The notes beneath the pieces are model-generated. The model was not told where the DNA came from. It searched no databases and was given only the letters and a program-made list of their open reading frames with translations. 64,000 nucleotides of DNA from positions 1,550,001-1,614,000 of the forward strand of contig OZ024755.1 of assembly GCA_964016885.1 (NCBI GenBank), in the 5' to 3' direction. Each line of letters opens with the position of its first letter. The first letter of the stretch is position 1. The DNA is from Eledone cirrhosa. Taxonomy: Eukaryota. Made by a program: the position numbers and the translations under genes. Of this stretch, positions 53,606 through 64,000 are shown piece by piece.

Positions 53606-53777
53606 CGAGGGTCGGTTGGTTGAAAAGTTCATAGACCAACTATGAAATCTTGCATGCATTAATTTCTTAAACTCTTATTATTAATAAATAACTGCATTGT
53701 TTCTTTCAAGGGACTATGTTGATAAAAAAAAAAAAAAACTCATCTGGTCAGCCTAAGAACTTTTCAGCCGACCCTCG
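53606..53777. mobile_element. mariner-type MITE
   Basis: TA-CGAGGGTCGG..TGAAAAGTTC ... GAACTTTTCAGCCGACCCTCG-TA; partial copies at 12682 and 28189. Confidence 0.85.
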
Positions 53778-55488
53778 TATATAATTATAACATTTTTAAA
53801 ATAATGACTGATAGAATTAAAAATTGTATAAATTGTATAAATTCTTAAATTTTATAGGCAAATTGAACAATAAATAACAAGCAATAAATAACGAAAATGT
53901 TTAGATAACGTCGGGTTATTGTTTCTTGAAATTCATATTAGAATAATTTAAACTATAATATTTAGTTGTCGAAAACCAATTTATTATTAAGTATAAAACT
54001 AGAATAGAATCAAAATAATTGACATTTGGTGAAAGAAGCGACATTAATTAAAGGGAGACTCGATGACGCGAACCTGGAGGGAAAAAATGGCGCTAGTTTT
54101 TAAAAGACACAACAATTGCCAATATTTCAGCATTGAATTACTTTAACTCCTATTAATATTAAATGGTTTTAAATAAATATAATTTAAAATTAATAATGAT
54201 CATTCGAGCAATATTAATAAATTCACTTTTAAAACTTACTTCGAGCTCGTGAAATGTTAATTGCAACTAATTACTTTTAAAAAAATTAATTTCTGGGTAA
54301 AAATAACTGGGAATTTAGTAAATTATATTTACATTTACAATATTTCTATAGTTAGTTAGCTAATTCTAACTTGATTAAAGACAAAAGCAGAATCGGCGGG
54401 ATTTGAACTTTTACAAAAGAATCACTGAACCAGGATAACACGAAATATTTCTACAATATCACCATCCTTAATTAAGTTTGTTGATTGTTTTTAAATGCAT
54501 TAAATGTTAACATCCATCGGCTTTCAATTAAAATCGAAATATAAATTTTTTAAAATCACAAAACAGCTGGACATTCATTCGTTAAAGAATATATTTCCCT
54601 CGCCATGTCATTATATATACAATTTGCAAGATATAGCATTGCGATATATTTATAATTTGTAAATTACAGCATGGTCATATAATATTTAGACATTTATTTC
54701 TTAGTAAAGAATATTTTAATAAATTGTTAGCAGAGGAAGTTAAATTAATTTTAATTAGAAAGAAAACACAATCGAGCGGGAACAACCAAACATTCTAAAA
54801 TTTATTTCTAATTAAGGTAAACTAGTAAAGCATCTAGAAAGTATTTAAAGATGATAAATACATTTCTGAAATCAATTTTATCAACTTCCTACGAATTATA
54901 GCCACGACATTGACTGCACCCTATTTAAGATTAAAATCTTTAGAAAAAAGCGGGTAACCCTTGGACAAAGTATATTTATAGTTTAACCAGCTACATAAAT
55001 ATTGGTAAACTTATTTGGGGAGAAATTAAAGAGATCGATGAGTAAATCAAATGACATTGATAAAATAATTCGATTATTATTAAGAGATATTTAAATGTTG
55101 AGTAGTAATAAATTAATGAAGAAGACAAACCGAGTATTAACAGAATAATATCTATGTTAATTGGTGCTGACTCAAGTTAAAATATTTATATATATATACT
55201 TCTTTAAATAATTAATTAGCGAACAGATTTTTAATTAATTATTATGAAATAAAATAAAATATTTACCTTTGGTCGAGTACTGTCAATAGATTTGCGCCAA
55301 AAATATTTTTTAATTTCGATATTTTCAACAGGATTGAGGAAAGGTAAACTTCCCAAATAGAAACAAGATTATCCACTGAAGTATTTCAATAATTTTAGTT
55401 GCCTGAAAAGTCCAAGATTTTCAAGATCTCTCTTACGAACACGACATTAAACATGTGTAGATTGCGTTTACTATAAACGACTTTTAAT

Positions 55489-55520
55489 TTCAAATTTGTC
55501 GCGTTTCAATATCAACCAAT
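55489..55520 (-). promoter_or_regulatory. CCAAT + CDE/CHR-like module, candidate Emi1-family promoter
   Basis: Minus strand ATTGG...CGCG-ACAAA-TTTGAA, followed ~220 nt downstream by a donor-like AG|GTAAAT at 55267/55266. Confidence 0.5.
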
Positions 55521-56958
55521 CAGCGAGCTGGATATTATTAACCTCCTACACATCATAACATCTAATCATGACGAAATTATTTCTTCTTTTTATGTGTAAA
55601 TCATTTAAAAATTATATTAGTAAAATATTATAATCAGACATTGAAAATATATCTCAAAAATAAATTAGAATCTTGTTTTAAAAAGAGCAAAAAATAAAAC
55701 TTGTTAAACATGTTGTTTCAATTCTCAGCTGTTGATAATTTCAACCAATGAAATGAAACTTTTTGGCGGCTATGTTTGTTTTGATAATAGAATTAACCCG
55801 GGCAGACGAGAGGGAGATAAACAAAGGCCGGAGTTTGACCGATTGCTTCCTCTTATCTATCAATTACCGTTGAGATCCTCTCCTGTCCTTGGTCTCCACA
55901 CTGCAGATCTCATCCGTATAATCGGAAAGACAGCAGCCCAATTTATAAAGGTGCCGCTGGTACAGCGGGCCTCGCCAGCCATTCTTTCTGTGGGGCGCGG
56001 CCTTTACCATTCTGTCTATGGGGTGTGACGAACCTCCCTGTAGTACACTGACAACGTTGCTGCGAATGTTTCATAATTTCTGACTTTGGTGCACACCAGT
56101 GATGAGAGAAGGAAGTGTCTGTTACTTATCCAGGAGAAGTGAAAACAAAGGCAACTTCGAACTAAATACCACTCCCTCAATTGTATATAATTAAATTTTA
56201 ATATTATCAGTGAGGTAAAGTTAATATGTTTTTCATCCTTACGGGGCCGATAAAATAAAGTACCAGTTATGCACTAGGGGATCGATTTAATCGACTCTCC
56301 CCTCCCCAAATTGCTTACCCTGTGCCGAAAGTAGAAACCATTATTTAGGCCAGTGGATTGGCAGTAACAGTAGAGCGTGGAATGCAGGGGAGTTACCTCC
56401 CATTAATTGCTGAGTTCAAATCTCGCCCAACTTGGCTTTGCCTGAGCGTTAAAATAAAGTACCAGTATCGCTCTGGGATTTATTCAATCGATTTCCCCCC
56501 TCCCCTTTAAATTGCTGGCCTTGTGCCAAAAGTAGAAACAATTATAATTCTATTCTGCCTTATAGGGAATATGCTAGTTTTTATTGACCACAACTTGTCC
56601 TCCCGTCTCCATCACTAAAAATTATCAGAGCGGTGTTGGCTGCTCCCTGCAGGTGCATCAAGCTCTACGATATGGGGTGGCTGTTCCAGCGAGTTGTCTA
56701 CTTGTCGGCCAGGAGCAAGAGGTAAAAGGTAAGTTAGTGAAAGGTAGGGGACACTAACTAGTTTCGACGGCACACTATAGAGCAGTTCCTAAGACAAACG
56801 GAATAATCTATTAAAGGGAGCAGATAATGAAGAAAAAAATACAAGAATTATCAAAGCAACGATGAAAGCTATATCGTGGAGAACGGCCACAATTATATCG
56901 AATGACTGCTGTTTAAAAAAAATAGAAATTTAAATTAAAAAATATAAAACATGGAGGC

Positions 56959-57030
56959 TGCCGTGACCAGGATTCGAACCTGGGTTACCACGGCCACAAC
57001 GTGGGGTCCTAACCACTAGACGATCACGGC
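56959..57030 (-). tRNA. trnH-GTG: tRNA-His (GTG)
   Basis: GCCGTGATCGTCTAGTGGTTAGGACCCCACGTTGTGGCCGTGGTAACCCAGGTTCGAATCCTGGTCACGGCA, 72 nt, intact cloverleaf, anticodon GTG, no intron. G-1 is not encoded; a T4 terminator lies ~10 nt downstream. Confidence 0.97.
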
Positions 57031-58811
57031 TATTAAACCTCACATTGCCAAAAAGACTATTTTTACTATATAAATGAACTTATGTTATATAACACTTTAA
57101 TTTTATTGTAGTATATTTAATATCTTCGATTTTTTTTTTGTTTAACTTGAAATCTTTTGCTTTTGATTCAAGTAAATAAAAATGGCGGTGTTAAAGTGTC
57201 TTCTTATTGCTGTGATTTATATATATTCATCGCTTGTTCTAATTATTACCTAGTCGCATATATTACGAATAAACTCATTCTTTATTATAAATCATTTTTT
57301 TTCTTCTTAATATTTGCAGATATCTGAAATGGTAATAATTTCTTTGTGTAACAATAATTTATTAGTTGGAAGAATATTCTATCCTGCATATACAGTATAT
57401 AAATATATTCAACGAAAGCAGCTTATTATTTCAATGGTGTTTAATTGAATAAGTTAAACAAAATAATAATTTTTTTTTTCAAAGTAAATTATATCATTTC
57501 TAATTGAAAATTGCTATTTGTAATCCTACTTTAAAATCGCCCCAGAAATTGCAGTTAATATTGGTACCAGATCTCTTTGAGCGTTCTAAATAATTTTCGT
57601 TTTTTTTTGTTTCACCATTTCTTCGCTAGTATTTACAGTTATTTTGTTTTTATTTTGCTTAAAATAACGGGGGAGTTCCAACACATTCATTTTGTATCGA
57701 ATATCAGATTTCTAGGAACTTTGGCGGAAATAGATAATCCATCGATGCTGGAATATATCCAATAATATTTTACTCTTCTTTTCCTGGTTTCCAGTCATTG
57801 GACTGCGCCCATGCTGGGGCACTGCTACCTTGCCAGAGTTGATTTGAATCGATCATATCGACTCCAGTACTAATAGTATCAGTCTAGTGGTTGTTTCTTT
57901 CGTTGATCTCTGTTTGTGGAACGGCTAAGTGACGGAACATAATTTGTTTGAACGTACTCAGAAAGAGAAGATACATATAATATAGAATAGAGAAAATGTT
58001 AACACATGGAATGCAATAATTCGTGATTATATAAACGTGATCATTAGCCCACCAATGACTGGGATTCACTGATGAGCTATTCTAAAATCATAAACCAGAA
58101 CTAGAAGTAGGAATTAATTCTACCAATCCTGGAAACAACAACTCCCAAAATATCGCGAAAGGAACTCAACACACGGAAAGGTAAGCAATTCAGAAACTAG
58201 AAATAATTTTTATTTGTGGCTAGTCTGTGTACGCGGCAAAATCAAATCTACTTATATTAATAAATATATTGGCACATTTAATTATCTCAGAATATAAGTA
58301 TGTACGATATAAGAGTGGGAAATGAAATTTCGTTTCATTTTTTCCGTTTATCTCAGAATAACTTTATACATAATTTTAATGTTGTTTTATAAGATTAAAT
58401 AGATGTGCATACATATAATTAATTATTGCTAGGAACCTTATAAATATAATTATAGATATATAATCAAAGCGAGAAAAATAACACCAAAAATAATGTAATG
58501 AGACAAACACATATACCGGATCGATTTAATCTATATTGTATGTATGTCTGATATTTATTTTATTGATACTAAAAGTAAGAATGGTCAACTCTGGTGGAAT
58601 TCGAACTTGGGACATGGTTTGTAATCAAATATTACCCTCTCCTCCACCCACGATATATATTGTATTTAGTTAAGTTCCTTTGCGTTTTTCAAAACTCAAA
58701 TCCTGCTGTATTTTTGTCTTTTGATATAATTCCATCATTCACAGCCTTAGATGCCTTATGATAAGAATATGAAATCGATCCTTATCGATCTTGGAAGGAT
58801 GAATGGCAAAG

Positions 58812-59100
58812 TTGACCCTGAAATGGATCATGGACGCTGCCCCTCCCCTCTTACCAACCATGGAGGTTCTGAAATGGGTCAAGGGTACTGTCCCTCCCTT
58901 CCCACCAGCCATGGACGTCCTGAAATGGGTTATGGACACTGTCTCCCCACCTCCAGTCTTGGAGGTCCTGAAATGGGTCATGAGCAATCCCTTCGCCTTC
59001 TACCAATTTGACAGACCCTGACACGAACCATTGGCACTGCCCCTCTCACCAAGCTCAAAGTCCCTGATACGAGCCACGGGTACTACCCCGCCCTCTCCTC
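58812..59100. repeat. GC-rich ~50-54-bp degenerate tandem repeat x5
   Basis: CCTGAAATGGGTCATGGACACTGTCCCTCCC...CCATGGAGGT units. Confidence 0.8.
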
Positions 59101-59374
59101 GATATGTAATGTTGCAATATTAGTGTACAACACAAGCGATGAAGTACAAATGAGTTGAGAGAATAAGTATGACCCACTGATGTAATCTTGTAGTTCTATA
59201 CAGATGGTTTAATTAGATGTCTAATAGATTTGAATGATTGATTTCTGGAGTAAGACTAAATTAATATATTAATGTAATTATTGATTGTCATAATTGCTGT
59301 GTTCAGTTTTGGCATTTGACCAGCGTTTAAAGATTCTCTACTGGTCTCATTTTAGTAGAGTAACCCACATTCGG

Positions 59375-59583
59375 TTAACCCATTAACATTTAAACCGGCC
59401 ATATCCAGCCAAAATCTCATCTCTTTCTGTTCAAACCGGCTGTACCTGGTCACTCATACTGATGTTAGGATATTGTTCTCAAAACAAATAATATTAAAAT
59501 CTCATAGATTCGATATTATGTGAGATAAAGCTTTTACTACAAAAATACAATAGTTTATATAGAGTAATGTAAATGCTAAAGGG
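59375..59583. mobile_element. piggyBac-like MITE family 1 copy
   Basis: TTAA-CCCATTAACATTTAAACCGGCC ... TAAATGCTAAAGGG. Confidence 0.85.
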
Positions 59584-59782
59584 CTAGGTTTTATATTTAG
59601 GTTATTTATCAGAATGTTAAGGGAACAAGTTGTCAGAGTTGTTAGAATGTTGGATAAAATACTTTGCGGTATTTTTTTTAGGCTTTCTGCTCTCCGAATT
59701 TAAACCTCGCCAACTATCATCCATTGAAGGTCAATAAAAAAAGATATACTTGGTTTCTGTGGCTGGATGCCCTTCCAAAACC

Positions 59783-60062
59783 AACCACCTTACAAGGTGG
59801 ACTGGGTGCTGTTTTGTCTTGTTACCAGCATGACCACCTTACTTACAGGAGGGACTGTGCTGTTTTGTCTTGTCACCAGCATGACCACATTACAGGGTGG
59901 ACTGGGTGCTGGTTTATCTTGACACCAGCATGACCAGCTTACTTACAAGGTGGACTGTGTGCTTTTGTCTTGTCACCAGCATGACCTCCTTACTTGCAAG
60001 GTGGACTGGGTGCTGTTTTGCCTTGTCACCAGCATGACCACATTACATGGTGGACTGGGTGC
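59783..60062. repeat. ~50-bp tandem amplification of a SINE body segment (similar array at 29895-30045)
   Basis: ACCACCTTACAAGGTGGACTGGGTGCTGTTTTGTCTTGTCACCAGCATG x5-6, following GGCTGGATGCCCTTCC. Confidence 0.8.
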
Positions 60063-62827
60063 TTTTTTTCTCATGCCTTTATTAAATGCAGAAAGTGAAT
60101 GATCTTCACTAGCGCTAGATAAAGATGAACCTTAACCACCAGTTACACCGAACACCCTACCAACTTAAGGAAAGGTCACAATGGATAATGTAGTTCTGGA
60201 CATAACACTAAAAAGGCAGGAGGTCCATAGCTGGAATATCTTTGGGCATAGCTTTTCTCAACTAGGTTTAAAGACACCTTTGAAACGAGATAAATACGCT
60301 ATACGTAAGATCGCGACGGCCCTTTACGTATTGAGTTCAAATCCCGCCGAGGTTAGCTTTGCCTTTCATTCTTACAGGGGGGGGGGGGGTAAAATAAAGT
60401 ACCAGTCATGCATTGGGGTTCGATTTATTCGATTTTCCTCTCCCCAAAATTACTGGTCTTGAGCCTAAAGTAGAAACAATATATATATATATATTGTTCC
60501 ACGCTTTCAGCCTAAAACGTCATACTCATAAAGTACACAAGAAAACTAGTAACTTATTTAAGTAGTACATATGCTCTGGCTGAAATGAAATAAAAGCAGG
60601 CAAACTCTTTGCTCTAATAAACATATAATAAGTCTATTGAAATATCGAGAGAAAGAAATATATACACATATATATATATATACATTTCTATATCTTTATA
60701 CGAAATAATGGTGCTGGTGGGTGAATGAATTAAAACATTTTTCTCGCTCGGTTGTCTTCTTGGAGACTCTGCGACAACGCTGGATATTCTTGTAAAGAAG
60801 ACACTGATTGGCTGATTGTTTTGACCAATAATCTGTGGCGAGTCTTGCCAGCATATGGCTACGTTGAGTTCACTTTTATTAAAGTGTAGTAGAAAGGTTT
60901 ATTTCAATCTTTTGTGGGGAAAAGTGGAAGACTTTCGGTCATTAAATGTAAGTAAATAGCTTATTACATAAATCGCACTTGTACGCAGTTTTTGGTGTTA
61001 GTATTAAAAGTTGAAATAAAGAAACAGGTACTCTAGAGTGAGCTTGTTTTAACTTAACAATAAAAAGGTTTGTGTGTGGAGATGTTGCAGAAATATTTAG
61101 ATTTTAAGACAAATGCTTTCAATGTTTCTCTCTCAATGTGTATATAAATATATATATATAGCTTGTATATATATATCTATATATATATCTATTTAATTAT
61201 ATATAGATATAGATAGATAGCTTGTATATATATATATATATAGATAGATTGTCTATACATACATGCATGCATATATATATATATATATATATATTTATAG
61301 CTTGTATGTGTATATAAATATATAGTTTAAATGTATATAATCATATATGTGTGTATATGATTATATATATATAGGTTTATGTGTGTATATATACACACCT
61401 CTATAAATATATATACATACATAGATCTATATATACACACGTACACAGTCCACATGCGACTCATTCTTTATCAGTTCACTTTTGATCAAGAGAAATTTAT
61501 TCAACATTGAAACATTTCTAGTAACAAGATTCCTATTTTTCTTCCGTTTATTCTTCTTGCTGGAATCTCTTTGTTTATATTTATTAAAGACATTTTATTA
61601 TTTATATTTAGAATTCCAGATCTTTCTGTTATGCTGCTTCCGTCTTAGGCGCGCTTTTTCTTTCCCTCTCCGTCTATAAACTTGTTCAGCCATATTGCTG
61701 TTATTTCCCACCTAATGTCTTCCCCCTCTCGCTTTTAACATTTTTATCTCCGCTTATTATTTATTATTTTCAATTAAATTCAACTCGATGTAGTCTGTCT
61801 GTTATTAAACTACATTAAATAACCTCACTAGATCTATATATTTTCATATATATATATTATTAAATTCTCTTCTAAAAATACCCGCACATGATGGGGTTTT
61901 ATTCTCTCGCTTTGATCATATATTTTTCTGTAATTGTTTATATATATATATTATTTGCGTATATATTTTATATTAATAGTATATATATATATGTGTCTGT
62001 GTGTATTTATATGGTTCCTAGCAATAATTAATTGTATATATTTACGATCTGTAAGAATTATGAATTATAAACAATTTATAAGAAAGTCTCCTTATCTTTA
62101 ATTATAAAAACCTTCAATGGTTTGAAGAAGAAACACGGTTGTCTTGTAAAGCAATTCCATTTAATCCACGTGAAAATCTAGATTAATGTTTTTACTTTAT
62201 TTAAATTAAAATAGAATCACGGAGAAAAATAACACAATTTGATGTGACTTAATATTAGATGTTAAATTATTAAAATTGTGTTATTTAAATATATTTTTAT
62301 ATCATATTGTCTCATGTTTTTATTAATTTATTAAATCAACCCTGGCTAAAGAGGAAATAAAGAGGGTTTAAAGATCTTATATATGTATATAAGATCTTAT
62401 ATATATATATAACTTAGCATTATATATATATAGAGAGAGATTATATATTGAAATAATTAATAAAAATAAACACGATCGGAAATTATTCACTTAATTGTGA
62501 GATCTGGGGTTTTTTAAGGATAATATATATATAATAAAAATAATATACAAGAAACCAGTCGAGAGATCGAGGTTTTTCTGATTATATTTAATATATATTA
62601 AATATATATTATATATTTAATATATATGCAAGAAACCAGTTAATTTCGATTGTTTTCTAAATGTATTAGGTGTAAAGGTAAGATATGATATGTACTCTAA
62701 TATAGCTACTCTAATTAATTGATTCATACAATTTGTTTTCGGGATATTTCTAAACATAAATATATTTAGAAACATTAAATATCTCGTCTATTTAATTATC
62801 GCAAGTGCTCGCTAAGATTAAAAACCG

Positions 62828-62878
<51 letters not shown>

Positions 62879-63866
62879 TATATCAAATTACATGTTCGAT
62901 CTTATTTGATTAATTTAATCTTTTTAAAATGGCCTCCAACACAGTTCGATCGTTCTTCGTTTATATTTGATAATTTATATTTAGAGAAGAAAGAAACACC
63001 TTCTCATATTGAAATATTTTCCAATGCACGCCATTAAGAATTTCTGATATGTATATATATATATGGAGAATTCACAACATATATATATATATAATGTGAA
63101 TTCTCCATGAAAACTATTTTTGTTCCTGTTTAAAGGTCGAATTTACGATGTTTTTATTTTTCTATTCAATACATGAAATAGTGACAATGTGATTTTATAT
63201 GAGAACAATATATATTTGTAACACACCTATATTTATTTTAATTGGATAATGATCGCGGTGAATGTTTATTGATTTCGTACAACAGCGGGTTTTCCTCTCT
63301 CACTATATTTGATCTAATAACCAACAGACGTATGATTTTTTATCTATAATTAGTTTTGGTCTGATTTTCATATATTAAATAAACTAATTTAAATATAATG
63401 CTTTCCAAATTAACAGCCAGCTTGGAACTTCGTCTAAACTCTAATCTGCTTTGCAGGTGGTTTGTGGAAGATTTAAGGCATTACTGATTTCATTTTAGAA
63501 ATTATATATCGATTAAAAAAATGTCTTCTTTAATATAAAAGATGTCTTTTGTTTTGTTTTTCGTTTTAAATCTCTTATCAAAATCTATATAACATCTTTC
63601 AACTTTCTTAATGTATAATATTTATAATGAAAATTTACAGAGGTACCACTGTAGGTGTAAATGTGATCAATTTAAATACTTTCATTATTGTATACACCTT
63701 TTCTTCAATGCTTCCATTATTAAATGCTTTTTTGATCAGTATTTGTAGTAGGCTAAACGTAAACTTAAAGAATGTCCATCATGCTTTCCAATTTTATGTT
63801 GATAATAATATCACCCAGGATAATGTCTTCAGTTTAAAATGTTATATATATATATAAATAAAATTC

Positions 63867-64000
63867 ATAGTAGCTGTATACACAATCTGTATAAATATAT
63901 ATACATTCCATAGTAGCTGTATACACAATCTGTATAGATATATATACATTCCATAGTAGCTGTATACACAATCTGTATAGATATATATACATTCCATAGT
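63867..64000. repeat. ~43-bp tandem repeat running off the window end
   Basis: CATAGTAGCTGTATACACAATCTGTATAGATATATATACATTC x3+. Confidence 0.9.

Noticed and set aside
57182-57765. Small secreted-peptide gene (MAVLKCLLIA... plus a micro-exon near 57320)
   Set aside because: No good donor after the first segment, early stops and no homology; AAAATGGCGG may simply be a YY1-like motif.
58751-59021. Overlapping ORFs in three frames
   Set aside because: A GC-rich tandem repeat depleted of stops; no splice or homology support.
63063-63108. 14-bp inverted repeat around (TA)n as a pre-miRNA
   Set aside because: Short stem with a microsatellite loop; no supporting features.

Overview
AT-rich, intron-rich animal genomic DNA. 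The microsatellite load and the tRNA-derived SINE, RTE and TTAA-MITE content suggest a coleoid cephalopod such as octopus (inference, not verified). Five spliced genes were reconstructed by eye with consistent GT-AG phases: the 3' part of RAD21 (+, 7 exons), a pyrroline-5-carboxylate reductase (-, 6 exons, PYCR3-like layout), MCM3 (-, 22 exons), TSEN34 (+, 6 exons) and an Emi1/Emi2-family APC/C inhibitor (FBXO5/FBXO43; -, 4 coding exons). There is also one tRNA-His(GTG) gene. The most unusual signal is a set of type-I hammerhead ribozyme motifs of the kind carried by Penelope-like elements. The best example is a ~98-bp-arm palindrome in PYCR intron 1 that encodes a complete hammerhead on both strands, each preceded by its own antisense copy. 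Other oddities: a SINE insertion whose target-site duplication copies a PYCR 5' splice site (then multiplied by a 933-bp tandem triplication), duplicated splice sites in TSEN34, a piggyBac-type MITE next to its own empty site, and an Emi1 homologue with a KEN box but no obvious linker D-box. Coordinates were counted by hand, so repeat boundaries are approximate.
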